Shown: in pieces, positions 11,749 through 27,532 of the stretch
How the letters are laid out: every line of letters begins with the position of its first letter
How positions within the stretch are numbered: the stretch's first letter is position 1
Assembly: GCA_964016885.1 (NCBI GenBank)
Contig: OZ024744.1
Coordinates: 6,448,001-6,512,000, forward strand
Length of the DNA: 64,000 nt
Source: Eledone cirrhosa
Lineage: Eukaryota
Direction of reading: 5' to 3'
Notes under the pieces: model-generated
What the model was told of the DNA's origin: nothing
Seen by the model: the letters and a program-made list of their open reading frames with translations, nothing else
The model's database searches: none
Made by a program: the position numbers and the translations under genes

Positions 11749-12402
11749 ATACAAATGAATTTATGAGGGATGAACACCGATACAAGTATACATGTGTTCG
11801 AATTGCAAATGACCAAGTTAGCTAGGTTGAAAAATACTAATTTAACATAATATGGTTTGCCTGTCTCGATTTAAAATAATAGATCAATAAAAATAACAAA
11901 CCTATATTGGCAATGGCCGTGATACCCGGACAAATTCTAAATTTGTTTCGCAACAATTAAGTGAAAGTTACTATTCCTGTGCTTTTCTGCGGGTATCCAG
12001 GAAAATACGTATCAATCACTTCAGAATACTTAAAAAGACTGATAAATACGTGTTGTTGAACGCACATGTGTCCCAGCGCCTAACTCGTCCCATACTCGTG
12101 CCGCTAAAAATAGCAGCCGGTTTTATGGGACTAAAATTAGCTCAACGTATGGAGCCGTGAATATCATATATTGAGTTATAAACTCGAAAAAGTCTTTTAC
12201 TATTAAATAGCTCATAGAAGGGAATATTTCCTCCGAGCCGTGTAATACAAATTAATATATGAGAGATGAACACATGTATACTAGTATCAGTGTTCATCCC
12301 TCTCATATATTCATTTGTATTACACGGCTCGGAGGAAAGATTCCCTTCTTTGAGCTATTTAATTGTAAAAGACTTTTTCGAATTTATAACTCAATATTTG
12401 AT
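11749..12402 (-). mobile_element. Non-coding HHR element D (496-nt unit) with inverted arm 12268-12402
   Basis: atacaaat.aat.tatgag.gatgaacac at 11749 and 12245. The arm spans this junction. Confidence 0.7.
11921..11997 (-). ncRNA. Hammerhead-like fold with variant core CAGAAAA
   Basis: Minus strand: gatacccg-CAGAAAA-gca...tgc-GAAAC-aaatt-tag-aattt-GTC-cgggtatc (8-bp stem I). Confidence 0.6.
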
Positions 12403-12774
12403 ATATAAACATATATATTTATATATGATGAAAACGAGATCAATGGAATACGTAGTAGACTTAAACAGGTAAGTACTAAGTTTGATTTGATTGACCTAAT
12501 CAAAGCCTTGACCCGACATGGCGCCACTTTTATGACTAAACCAGTAAAATAATAAAGTCGCTAATTGGAGATATTGTTTCTTGATTTTGTTCGAACTTTA
12601 ATCAATATTCATTGATTAGAAGACTTTTGAGATTCCCATGACTGTAAAATTAAAACTTAATTAGTTAAAGAAAAGACATGGTTTATGAAATATGATTAAT
12701 TCACTCTGACATCTAAGAATGTAAATTGTGATAGAAATTACAACAAAAAAGGGAGAATTATAACACTGAAGAGT

Positions 12775-13200
12775 GTTGTTGTTGTTGCTGTTATTGTTGT
12801 TGCTGTTATTGTTGTTGTTGGTTTTGTGGTTGTTGTTGGTGGTTTTGTTGGTTTTGTTGTTGTAATTGTTGTTGTTGTAATTGTTGTTGTTGTAATTGTT
12901 GTTGTTGTAATTGTTGTTGTTGTTGGTTTTGTGGTTGTTGTTATTATGGCTGCTGTTGGTGGTTTTGTTGGTGTTGTTGTTGTAATTGTTATTGTTGTTA
13001 TTGTTGTGGTTGCTGTTGTTGCTGTGATCGTTGTTATTTTTCGCTGTTGTTGCTTTTGTTGCTACTGTCGTTGTTGTTACTGTTGTTGTTGTTGTTGTTG
13101 TTGTTGCTGCTGCTGCCGCTGCCACTGCTGCAGCCACTACTGCTGCTGATGTTGTTGTCGTGGTTGTTGTTTTTTTTGTTCTTGTTGTTGTTGTTATAGT
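12775..13200. repeat. Degenerate (GTT)n/(GCT)n trinucleotide microsatellite
   Basis: Direct reading. Confidence 0.9.
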
Positions 13201-13284
13201 TGTTTCTATTTTTGATGTTATTCTTCTCATTTCGTTGCTATTACATTGCTGCAATAGAAGACAGTGGATTGTCAGAATCAATAG

Positions 13285-14150
13285 AGTTTCTTCTTCTTCA
13301 CCCACTTGTTTCTGACAGGTCCTCAAACACTCCTTCCAGCAGATCCTGTCAGAAGTAACCGTCTCCAACTGGTCCGGCTGGATCCCCAAGTGAGGCAGCC
13401 AAGCTCATGGATATTATCCAACTACCTTGCCCAGGGTCTACTCCTGGGCCTCATGCAAGTTCGTTTTTGCCTGTAAAATCTCGCCAACGGAGTTCTTTCC
13501 TGAGACATTCTAACCACATGTCCATATTATTGGAGTTGTGAGCTTTCAATTCGGAGACGTAGCAGCTCTACCTGGAGTGACTCTCTGATCTCCGAGCTAC
13601 GCACTTTATCGAGTAACGTTACTCCAAAGACCCTTCGGAAGAATCCCATTTCGGCTGCATTTACTCGCGATCATATTCTTTCGGTCATTACCCAAGATAC
13701 ATGCATGATCATAGGCAAGGGTTGGCACGAAAACTGAATTGAAGATAACGAGTTTGGCTTTTACACCTACATGTAATCTTCTGATTACTAAATGCTGAAG
13801 CTGGCACATTACTGCATCAGCTTTTGCAGTTCTTTCACTTAATTCAGCCTCCTGCCTTCCATTATTCATGAACACAACCCCAAGGTACTTGAACCTCTCT
13901 ATCTGCTTCAGTAGAACTCCATTCACATGTAGAATGGAGTGCACAGGCTTCCTTGAGAGGACACATGTCTCACATCTTTGCAGCACTGATTTTCATTCCA
14001 TCCATGCAGCACTCGGCATCAAACTTATCAAGTGCAAGTCAGAGATCACCTTTCGAGTTAAGTAACGCTATATCGTCTGCAAATTCCAGTCTACTGATGT
14101 TACATCTGTCAGTCGTGATAACACTTCCAACCCGGTTGTGCATGTCAATC
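13285..14150 (-). mobile_element. Degenerate RTE-clade LINE 3' fragment
   Basis: LEFADDIALL (minus strand near 14070-14090), LKQIERFKYLGVVF, KLVIFNSVFVPTLAY; 3' tail gaagaagaag. Confidence 0.75.
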
Positions 14151-14199
14151 CTGTTAATGAAAATAATCGTTACAGCAGAATTTAATTACGACTCTATAC

Positions 14200-14332
14200 G
14201 TTTTTAGTTCAAATCCCTCTGATCTCAACTTTGTCTTTCATCCTCCTGGGGTCGATAGAATAAAAAGCCAGTAAACAATCCCCCGCCGACGACTATACAT
14301 TATCGGTCGTCTTCCTAAATTAGAAATAATTA
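14200..14332 (+). mobile_element. Degenerate tRNA-derived SINE (family of 46254)
   Basis: gttcaaatcc...ctttcatcctcctggggtcgata...ccagt. Confidence 0.55.
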
Positions 14333-14912
14333 TTGTTGATGTTATTTTTGTTATTGTTTAACGCCATGTCAGTTTAATTGATCTTTGATATCAAAACGTT
14401 CCATCTGCAACCATATACTTGTATTTGTGTGTGTAGGGGGGGGTCTTTGAAATAATATCTATGTGACAACACAGACAGGATGACTACTATGACTAGATTG
14501 TCTCCGTTGTCAGACCGAACTTTGGATACATGAAACAAAGCCTGCCGATGAAGGGAATTCACATATATTGAATGAGATTATGCAACTTGGTATATAACTT
14601 CCAGCAGGCCCAGAAACCTATATGAGAATTTTATCGATTTATCGATTTTAATAAATATGACTAGGTCCAGGTTAGATTTCATCCTTTCTGTATTTATCGT
14701 CGTTGTTGTGGTATATGTATAGCCACTGCCTTCGGTCGTTTTTCTCGGTATCACACTTTTAAACTGTTGTGTTTACTTTGGGTGGTAATATATTATTAAT
14801 ATATTGCTCTAACGAGTGCTTTGTGATTGCTTCAAACAACTCAATTAGTACCTGCTATATGGCAGCTACAACTTCGATTCATATCTAATATATATAATAC
14901 TATATATATATT

Positions 14913-17880
14913 CTAGGGCGGGTAAAATTCCCGAGATCCATGGACGAGTTCTCTCCAGCGGTCTCTGTCCCTCATTATCGATGCCATGTCCTGCGTCTCT
15001 AACAGACCAGTGTCTGTCCTTAGGCTATCAACATACGTTAACCTTGGTCTTCCTCTTCCAGTGTGTCCATGTAGAGGATCCCACAGGAGCACTGAGTGCA
15101 ATGTCAAATCTGGATGTCGGTGAGCATGTCCAGCTAACCTCGATCTCCTCTGTGTCACTTTTGAGCTGACTTTTGGGAGGCTCCCGTACAGCTCTGAGTT
15201 TTTCATCCTCAGTGTATACTGATTAATGTTCAGAGCCATCCTCAGCATTCTCGTGTAGCATCCATCCACCATCTGAGTGAGTTTCTTGGTCAGTGTCCAA
15301 GTCTCAGACCTGTACAGCAGCACAGACTCCACTGTAACAATGAAGAGGCGGATTTTCAGGTCTTTACGAAAGTCCGACTTCCACACCGATCTCAAGCTGT
15401 GGCACGCCGCCCAGGCTTTTCTCTTCCTCTCAACCACATCATCTTCCAAATACAGGAAGTCCTCAACCAATTCTAGCGGCTTCCCGCCTACATTAGTGAA
15501 CCCCTCTGGCTTCTCAACATTCTCTACCAGATATTTTGTTTTAGTCTCATTCATTCTCAGCCTCACACTCACCGACACAGTCTCAACCTCCTGCATCAAA
15601 TCCTCTGTCTTCTTCACTGTATTTGTCACCAAAACTATGTTCAGCAAAACTATGTTCAGCATCCGATATCTTTTTCGCCTTAACTCTCCTGCTCTGAGCC
15701 GGTGCTACAGTAAAGCCAGAGTCCTTGTGTTTCTCCAGTGCAAGGCGCATACAATAGTCCACTACGATGATAAAAAGGCAGGGAGCCAATGTATCTCCCT
15801 GGAGCACTCCAGCCAGTATCTCAAAGAACTTTGTCATCCCATCAGGTGTAATGACTTGGGCTTTGGTGTTGGTGTAGAGCAGTGATATCAGGCCCACTAT
15901 CTTCTTGGGGATTCCATAACCCTGTAAGATCTTCATCAGGCAGTGATGGTCCACAGAATCAAAGGCCTTCCTAAAATCAATGAAAACCATGACCGCAGGA
16001 CGACACTTTGTTCTAGCTCCCTCTAATATCCTCCTCAGCATCAAGATGTGACTGGTGGTTGATCTTCCTTTTCTGAAGCCGTTCTGGCTGTCCCTGAGCT
16101 TCTTCTCCATCTCAGGCTGGATCCTGTTAAGAATCATCCTGTTGAGGGTCTTTGCCACAAGTGACGTCAGTTGCTGTTAGAGAGATCTGCCTTCTTTGGC
16201 ACTGGGACGATGTTACTGATCCTCCACTGATTCGGAGCAACTCCTTTCTCCAGTGCCTGGTTACAGAACCCCAGGATGATTCCATCAAAATCACACCTCT
16301 TCATCACCTCTGATGCCACTCCATCTTCTCCACGAGCCTTGCCCTCCTTGATCCTCTTCTTGGCTCTCCGAAGCTCCTCTCTGGCGAAGGGCTCTGTTTC
16401 AATATCCAGTTCCTCAAACAGCCGCCTGATCTCCCCAGTGCTCTGGGCTGTGGAGGGTGGCTCTCCTAGTAGGGTCCTAAAATGGTCTAGCCATTTCCTC
16501 TTCCTATCCTCGGGCCCTGTTCCCTGGATCTGACTCGAACACCTTCTCTTCCTCCCTGTGATCTCGTTGATGATCATCCAGCTCTCCTTACATCCAGACC
16601 TGTCAACAGCTCTCTCCACACTTCTGATCTTCTCTATCAGTGCCTCCTCTCTGGCCTCAGTGTAAGCGGTACAGAGTTCTTGCCTCATCACCTCAACAAT
16701 CTCCACCCTCTCCTCCCTAGGATCAGCATATTATTGATCCTTGGCAGCTTTCAGGTGTTCTCTGGCTGCACACACTTTGGGCTTTGCAGAGCTGACGTGC
16801 TTCCCTTTGTTCTTTTTCCTCGGCACCAGGGTTTCACTTGCTTCCGCCACTGCATTGGTGAAGTGCCCGTACCTCCTCGTCACACTCTCCCCAGTCCATC
16901 CAATCTCTCTCTCCTCTGACTCTCCACACAGAGCACTAAACCTGTTTCTCACTTCCACTGTGAACCTCTCCTGTAGCTTATCATCTTCCTTGAAAGCTCC
17001 CCAGTCATAGATTGCTCTCCGGGGCTGAGCCTTGCTCTTTCTTAAGCTCACCCGGACCTCATACATAACAAGCCGGTGGTCACTACCCAGTGTACTGAAA
17101 TAGTTGTATGGTTCTGTGTTCTGAACACTATTCTGCCACTTTTTCCTCACCAGAATGAAATCAATCTGGGACTTGGACAGGTGCATATCTGAGATGTAGG
17201 TCCACATCTTCCCCAGATTCTTCCTAAACCTTAGGTTGGTCGCTATCAAGTTTGCCTCCAGCAGGGTGTCTCTCAGTAGTCTTCCATTTCGGTTGGTGTT
17301 ATGGAATTACCAGCAAGGATCTTCACTGCCCTCCTTACTCAGATGTGCACTGAAGTCCCCCAAAACAAGCAGGATATTGTGTGCCTGAGTGGTGTTGACA
17401 GCTCTACACACCTCCTCATGGAACTCTTCCGCACTCACATCACTGTCTCCCTCGTTTGGACTATAGGCTGAGATGACTGTCAGTCTTGGGTTTCCATTGA
17501 AGGTCACCCTCAACACTCGCAGGGAGACAGACATTATTTCCCTCACCAACAGATTGGTTTTTGCACTGAACACAAAACCCACTCCTCCCACTGCAGCATT
17601 GGTCATGTTCCTCACTGCCGATGTGGTGATGAGCTGACTCCTCTTCCCAATCATCACACTTCTCACGGGCTCATCGTGTAGGATCCTGTGTTCTTGGATC
17701 GCAAGTATCTGTATACCACTCTCCTCGAACAGATGTCCCAACTCCTCTCTCTTCTCCAGCGTCCGAATAGTCCTCACATTCAAAGTGACCATTTTGATGG
17801 TTCTTCTGCAGGAAAAAACTGCATTCTTTATATTTGTCTCAGAGACAGCTGATCCATCATCCAGAGGCCATCCCTGTCAT
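14913..17880 (-). mobile_element. Near full-length RTE-clade LINE (APE endonuclease + RT), frameshifted
   Basis: TLNVRT, IQEHR, LGDFSAH, IDFIL and SDHRLV (APE). QNGFRKGRST, FIDFRKAFDSV and GVLQGDTLAP (RT). GRPRLTY at the C-terminus. Confidence 0.92.
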
Positions 17881-18468
17881 CCGTTATACCTTGTAACCAC
17901 AGAAACCGAGTCTAAGTATACATTTTTTTGACAACAGTAAAAACGCATAATGAAATAGAGAAGTAAGTGAATAATAAACACTATTATGTACAAAGCATAA
18001 TATTGTAAACATTATGACATCACTTAATGTATGAACATCAATCTTGAAACGATAAATTATACAATGTCAAATCTATAAATTAACTTAGTAATCTGTTAGA
18101 AATTGCTGGTTGTGAAATATACAAAATGATATTGTTAGTCTCAAGGAATCGTACCTTTTGTGTCAAGTACAAAGAGTAAATTAAAATCCGAATGAGCCTA
18201 ATTATGAAAGATAACTCTTGTCTTACTTAACGATAACTCTTGTCTTACTTAATCACGAAAATTCACACAAATAACCTAAACTTTTTAATGTCTCCAAAGG
18301 CCCCAATATCGATTTTTGAAAGCCTTTGTAGATCATGTAGAGGTTTTGTGCAAGTAGAAGATCTGTAACAAAAATGTCAAAGAAATCGCATGAATGGTTT
18401 AGAATATATGAGCCCTCATTAAAAATTGTCCACACGCACATATACACACATACAGAAAACTTCGTCTT

Positions 18469-18540
<72 letters not shown>

Positions 18541-19055
18541 TGTGTCTGTGTCTGTGTTTGTGAATGTGTGTATGTGCGTGCGTATTTTATTCTCATATTT
18601 AAGATGTGAAGTTACTGCTATTGCCAGGATCCCTCATTTTCTAGCAAAAAACGTTGTGTGACTAATACATTACAGCTACGTTAAGATTAATTGGTTATAG
18701 AACTGTATTGCAATACACATTTCTTGAGAACTGTGGACGTAACAGGCACATTTAAACAGCTTGTCTTTATGTAGAAAGTTGGTTAACACTCTACAACGGT
18801 ATGTGGTACCATCGTATTGCATTGAAACAAAACATCGTTAATTCACCCAAATCCGTTTGATAAGCAAGTTAGACTTATCAATTTGACTTCAGCCATGACT
18901 AATTCATAATCAGTGTCTATACAGTTAAAGAATGTTCTTATTCATTGATGAAATTTAACCAAAGAGTTGAAATTAGTTTGGCTGCTTCTTCTTACACTGT
19001 TGATGAAAAAGACATCGTACATGTAGAACGAATGTATACATTTATACATAGCTGT

Positions 19056-19245
19056 GGAGGTGCGTGGATTATTAATTAGAGCTTTCGGCTCACAATCATG
19101 AGGTTGCGAGTTCGATTACCTGACCACGTGATGTGTTGTGCCCTTGGAAAAGATAGTTTATTTCCAGTACAGTCAGCTGAGAAAAATGAGTTGTGCCGTC
19201 ACTGGTGCCAAACCCTAACGGCTATTACCTATCCCGTGGACAACA
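19056..19245 (+). mobile_element. tRNA-derived SINE, degenerate
   Basis: tRNA-like head with B-box gagttcgatt, then gtgttgtgcccttgg core-like segment. Confidence 0.5.
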
Positions 19246-19259
19246 AAACATCATATATA

Positions 19260-19335
<76 letters not shown>

Positions 19336-19389
19336 TTATATATATATATATATATTTAAAAGAATAGAGGTGTAAGACACGAGTTATGA

Positions 19390-21560
<2,171 letters not shown>

Positions 21561-21561
21561 A

Positions 21562-22740
21562 ATTGAGCAAAGTGCTGTTGAAAAGACGCACACATCTGCT
21601 CGGGTTCGGGCAACATGCACCCGTTTTGATCAGGCAAAGACCGAATTGTGGACTTGTTGCCACATCGCGCCTCCACCACCCGGGCCCATTGAACGGCTCT
21701 CGTCCCTTCGTGTTTCAGAGCACGCGCTCTAGCTCTGACAACGCAGCCTTCATGCTTTGCTTTGAAGAATTCGTCGAGTGCCAATCTTGCCCCTCTTCTA
21801 GCTTTCTAACTAACTCTCCCCCTACTCTATTTTCCTCTATCACTACCCCTTTGCTAAACCTTATTGATTCTACTCTAATAACCCTTTTCAGGGTAAACCA
21901 CCACCTGTTATTGACGATCGCACCCGTCAACGCACGCTTAACTAATACGCTAATTCGGTCTCTGTAGGCTTTGGGCGCCGGGAACGACGCGTTCAGCTTC
22001 CAGTTGCCGGGCCCTTGCCTATTGAGTCTATCTAAGTCACCTTCACAGATCAAAAATTTGTGGTCCGTGTAGTCGACTACTTTAAATTGTGGACAACCTA
22101 AACTAGTCTTATCAGTTTCCCTACATACGATCTAGATGACCCGATGCGGTTTGCCCATGTCTACATTGGCACATTCGGATAATCCAGTCTATACCTGTCA
22201 GAAAGTTCAAAACGTCTGAGCAAGTTGTTGAGGCTTTTACACCCTCCTGCCCTGTCTACTATCACCACATAATCCCAGCGTGCATCTAAGATACAGTCCC
22301 AGTCGCCCACTAACACTAAAGAGCGGGACGTTCCAAGAAAGGTATCTAGACGTCTGAAGAAATCTGGTCATCCTGCCCCTGATGGGGCGTAGACGGCTAC
22401 TAGCCTGAAAGCATTGTCTTCGCTGCCTGTCACGTCCAGTACCACCGACTTACCTCCTGGGTCCAGGAAGATGGCCCGTATGGCGAGATCCAAGCATCTC
22501 CGAAAAAGCACAGCAACTGCTCTCCCCGATCCTGGACGGCTGGGAGATGCGTAGACATCGTAGCCGCCGAAGATCTGTGCGAAGGCTCGTGCTTCTGAAA
22601 TTTTGGTCTCGCTGATGGCCATCAGCGAGACCAGAATTTCTAGTGTTAGTGACCTGAGGTCGTTGAGCAGGTGACCCTGCTTCCAAGATGACCCCAGGCC
22701 ACGTACATTTATACTGCCTATTCTAAGTAAGGCCATATTG
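21562..22740 (-). mobile_element. L1/Tx1-like LINE ORF2 N-terminal APE endonuclease fragment
   Basis: SINVRGL, ISETK, VAVYAPS, (VG)DWD, DHK, GPGNWKLNAS. Confidence 0.8.
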
Positions 22741-22869
22741 CTGGGGGGCGTGGCTCAGCCATGTTTTTTTTTTTTAAAGTAAAATGTTCAAATATTGTTC
22801 AAATATTTGGGCCAAATGGCCCAAATATCATACTTCCCCCTTCACAAGGCAAAGTACAAGGGCTTATAT

Positions 22870-23128
22870 CCCTTACAAAACAAGAAAAATTTGACAACAA
22901 ATAATTATAACAGGTAAATAAAGTGACTTACTTGGAGCGAGCAAAATGACGTCAGATCAGACCAATAATAATAATAAATGTGAAGACTAAAATGAAAAGA
23001 GGGCTCGATAAGGATAAATATATATCAAATATATAAGAACCCTAGAGTAAATATTTATTAAAATAACAGATTAAAGTTTAAGCAAAGAATTACTGCTTTC
23101 ACCCTTAACGGGATCTTCTGAAACGGCC
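22870..23128 (-). mobile_element. Naiad pLTR fragment carrying a CAGAAGA hammerhead (23075-23124)
   Basis: Reverse-complement match to 10809-10881 and 62064-62216. Confidence 0.7.
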
Positions 23129-23157
23129 ACTACTATATATATATATGTATGTATGTA

Positions 23158-23199
<42 letters not shown>

Positions 23200-23225
23200 T
23201 ACATACATACATACATATATATATA

Positions 23226-23435
23226 TATAACGAAGGAAATGTGGTAAGGAACCAGGTGGATCATAACGCACCAAAGTACTCAATACTTAGGGTAGTAGAG
23301 TGGGTAATAGGAACGAGTAGGACCCCGACGGCTGAGCTCAAGCCGTTTCGACGGCTAATTCTGGAATAAAAAAAAAAATTTTTAAGAATTAGCCGTCGAA
23401 ACGGCTTGAGCTCAGCCGTCGGGGTCCTACTCGTT

Positions 23436-23440
<5 letters not shown>
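23226..23440. mobile_element. Tail-to-tail pLTR fragment (family of 58610-59616) forming a hairpin at 23308-23439
   Basis: GAAAC-ggc-ttgagctca-gcc-GTC half-hammerhead in both arms; matches 58612-58667 and 59513-59616. Confidence 0.7.
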
Positions 23441-23510
<70 letters not shown>

Positions 23511-23695
23511 TTATATAGTAAGGTGTATTATTGGTTGTGTCATTCGGTCCAATAAACTTTTGTTAGCAATATTAAATTCTCCACGCATTTGTATATCTCC
23601 AATTCCATTTATGGGAACAGCTAGATGATCTAAAACGGAGTATTTGTATCAAAATAAAGATCCGAAGGCATGGTATACATTTCCAATCATTTTAA

Positions 23696-23769
23696 TCACG
23701 ACCCATGTTTCAATAAGGGATAGATCGATCGTGCGGCCATGATCGATTATCACTGATCTCGTCAGGTGA
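23696..23769 (-). ncRNA. Type-I hammerhead in pLTR
   Basis: tcac-CTGACGA...atcgatc/gatcgat...GAAAC-atgg-GTC-gtga. Confidence 0.7.
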
Positions 23770-26090
23770 AAAGGAATTGTCTTCAAATCCTTGATATGAG
23801 GGAGAAAATTTAACGATATTCACTCACTAATGTTTTGTCTCCCATATGAAGATTAAGCAACAAAAACACGTCGTCTGCTATCGTCTTCAGTTACGGTTAT
23901 AAAACTATCAAGTCTCTATCTCTCAATAGCTGTAAAAGACGCTGGACGGGTCTAATCTCAACATCAAATCTGTTGAATTACAGTCGGTCATAGTTATTGT
24001 GAGTGTGTATACACACACACTCACACACACCGACGCGAGGTCAAAGAAAAAATAGTATATACCAACACAGTATTCACCGAAAGTTAGGTTACAAAACAAC
24101 AAATGTTATATTGGTCAAATCTAAATTTGACGATGTGAATTGGAAAAATTAGGTCAACCGCAATTCTATACACACGCAAGTAAATTCGGTTCAATGTTCT
24201 GCTATACGTGTATCGATTGAATTGTAACACCGTATCGTCTAAAAAGTGTATGTTTTGGTATATACACATCCATGTGAAGAGCAAGTAGTCAGCTCATATC
24301 GAACTCTGTATGTGCCGTTGTCCCATTGAGAATCTGAGTCCCCAAATCTGTGCCTGCAAGCAACCACCATGTAGGCCACCAAGGAGCTCTGAGTAGGGTT
24401 GGGTATTTAAGTTAATGTGTGAGTATGTGCGTTTTCCCGTCATATGGGCCCTAGGGCTTTTAAGATAGGTGTTTGAGTGGTGGAGGTGTGTTACCCAACA
24501 CAAAAATAAAAATAAAATAAAATAAAATAAAATATAAACAGAATAGCCAAAACCCCGAGGATGTGTGTAAGCCAATTAAAGTGTTTAAGTAGTATGTCCA
24601 ATCAGTAACCGTGAGCATACCATGGTTAGATGATCACGGATCAAAACCTAGTGTAGTGTTCAATTGATAGGATCGTGACCAGTCATAACTGTGGGAACTC
24701 CGTGTCTAAAGAAACCGGGTACTGTGTGTAGAATTATGTATAAAGAGCGTAATCGTTCTTAACTGAGTGTGTAATATGTCTAACTATTTACTAACCTAGA
24801 GAACTCTATGGTTAGGGTATTCTAAAGTAATGGTGAGTGCGCGTAATCGGTCTTAACTGAGTGTGTAATCATTCTAACTATTTACTAACTAGGTATTCTA
24901 AAGTAGTGGTAAATGTGCACTCAGCTGTGAGAACTCAGTGGAAGCAAACCGAGTACCGTTTGTAAGTGCGCAAACGATCTTAGCTGTCTACTACCTGAGT
25001 GTGTGATTGTCTGGGTTTTTTTTTGCTAATTGAGAGAACTCTATGGCTAAGGTAAAAAGGGAGGAGTTTGTGGTAGGTTACTTTCCAAATATCCTGCGGA
25101 AGGTTTTCTAGATTCTATGTTGGCAGTTGCTGAAAAGATCCGCTCTCTTCTTCTCTTTATTAATAGGGGGCCGCCTCTAATAATATTAATGGTTTCAGCT
25201 ATACATAAATTACAAACGTCCGTGCTGCCATTATATGGACGGGCTGAGCAAATTATGGACCAGGATAATGAGTGCTCTATATTCTGTTGTTTAAGCTTCC
25301 AGACTAATTCAGAAAGCGCCGTGCTATTTTTTTATATCTAATATATTAAAGGTATGGCGGTGATTATACCATCTATCCTTAAATTCAGTGGCAGTTGCCC
25401 CAACATACCTGAAGGTTCTATGTAAAGTGGAGACCTTACAGTCGTAGACTATGTTTTTGGTGAGGCATTTCCCAGCCATGGGGCAAGTGGCGGTTTCCTG
25501 CAATTACATTTTCTGTTATCGACCTGGGTAGTTCCTGGGGAACCACGTACCTCTGGTGTCGGTTCTCAGTTCTTGTCTGCTCTATGGGTAAATTCCCAGG
25601 GGTTGGGCGTGACCCGACTCGCCTCACGTGTATGAGTCCGTTGATCCATAGAGCTGCCATTAGTTCTGCTATGTCTCATTTGGGCTGTCCTAAGTCTACT
25701 ATAATTCATCTAAGCTATATTCTGAGATATATTACTGGTTGTGGAGTAGGACAGCTTGATGGTATTCCTATTGAATATGTTACAGTATCTGTGTGATCTA
25801 GGGAAACATTATTTTTTCTTTGACCTCGCGACGGTGTGTGTGAGTGTATACACACTCACACTAACTGAGACCGACTGTAATTCAACAGATTTGATGTTGA
25901 GATTAGACCCGTCCAGCGTCTTTTACAGCTATTGAGAGATAGAGACTTGATAGTTTTATGACCGTAACTGAAGACGATAGCAGACGGCGTATTTTGCCTG
26001 CTTAATCTTCATATGGGTGATAAAACTCTAGTGAGTGAACATCGTTAAATATTTTCTCCCCCATATCAAGGAATTGAAGACAATTCCTTT

Positions 26091-26164
26091 TCATCTGACG
26101 AGATCAGTGATAATCGATCATGGCCACACGATCGATCTATCTCTTATTGAAACATGTGTCATGA
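26091..26164 (+). ncRNA. Type-I hammerhead in inverted pLTR
   Basis: tcat-CTGACGA...GAAAC-ATGT-GTC-atga. Confidence 0.75.
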
Positions 26165-26337
26165 TTAAAATGATTGAAAATGTATACCATGCCTTCGGAT
26201 CTTTATTTTGATATATATATATGTATATATATGTATGAATGAAGTAATTCCGTAGGAAAAGTCCAGGAAAAAAGAGTGCTCTATGTAAGCAACAGAGCTT
26301 AATTATTATTATGTAATAAACAACATAAGGCAATTAT

Positions 26338-26395
26338 TCCATTTACCAGTGGTTTCTTAAAAGCAAAAGGTTTTGCTTTCAATCCTCAGAATGAA
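26338..26395 (-). ncRNA. Type-I hammerhead (mirror of 34251-34308)
   Basis: ttcatt-CTGAGGA-ttgaaagcaaaa/ttttgcttttaa-GAAAC-cactg-GTA-aatgga. Confidence 0.85.
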
Positions 26396-26530
26396 AAAAT
26401 CCTGGTTTGTTTATTGAATTTGGATCTTAAAACCAAAAAAAGGCAAGCTATATGAAAGTGAGGCTGGAGAAGGAAGAAGGAAAGGAAAAATAAAAATAAA
26501 ATAAGACTACCCATACGACCACACATACAC

Positions 26531-26611
<81 letters not shown>

Positions 26612-26741
26612 CATACACACACGCGCATACACACACACGTTATTCCGGGTTGAATCGGAGGCAGCCACAGTAAGCAAGGCACTCAGTACACCGCAGAGCA
26701 TGAAGGTTATAATACAGTTGAGAATCTGTGTATGTATACAA

Positions 26742-26772
<31 letters not shown>

Positions 26773-26774
26773 TA

Positions 26775-26808
<34 letters not shown>

Positions 26809-27186
26809 TGCGTATGCGCGCACGCACGCACGCGTATACAAATATAAATATATTTCCCCCATACACATGTATGTGCGTGCATGCGCGCATACGCGCAGGG
26901 TATGTTCTGTTGAAAGTGTCTCGTGAATTTATGGCTACAGTTGTATAGATTATACTTAGAAATTGTCTACAGAATTCCCTAAACCTTCGTCAATTTACTA
27001 GAACCTTTAAGAATTTAGCTTTTAAGGAATCTCCCCTCCTCCAAAACTATCTACCATGACTGACCCCATACTAATCTTACAGACACCTGTAAGCTAAAGA
27101 GAAAGCTAATGATAAGGATTGGCTCCAATCTGAATACAGAAATCTGTCTGCCTCTGTTCCTCTAAGAACAAACATATACAAACATT

Positions 27187-27277
<91 letters not shown>

Positions 27278-27455
27278 CTACACACACACACGCATATATA
27301 TATATACACACACACATATACACACACACACATACACACACACACATACACACGCACACACACATATACACACGCATATATATACACATACATATATATA
27401 CATGTATGCGCGTGTGTACACGCATACACATACGTACACATAGCCATACCCACAC

Positions 27456-27532
<77 letters not shown>

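Larger units (their letters stand above)
23643..26212 (-). mobile_element. 5'-truncated Naiad-type PLE: GIY-YIG remnant (about 25090-25520), 3' UTR/pLTR (23643-24055) and inverted pLTR copy (25810-26212)
   Basis: Minus-strand translation across frameshifts: KCNCRK..CPMAGKCLTKNIVYDCKV...YVG..TEFKDRWYNHRHTF...STALSELVWKLK...CNLCIAE. Confidence 0.85.

Noticed and set aside
14540-14625. CCGATGA-aggg...ccca-GAAAC hammerhead-like motif
   Set aside because: Stems I and III could not be formed convincingly.
18430-18478. Possible non-autonomous Helitron 5' end (minus strand tatataaagacgaagttttctgtatgtgtg)
   Set aside because: No matching 3' hairpin and CTRR identified.
25960-26040. CTGAAGA followed by a hairpin (also about 23825-23895)
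   Set aside because: No GAAA, stem III or NUH found, so not called a hammerhead.
23643-26212. DNA transposon with 410-bp TIRs
   Set aside because: The interior encodes a GIY-YIG remnant and the repeats hold HHRs, so this is a PLE inverted pLTR.
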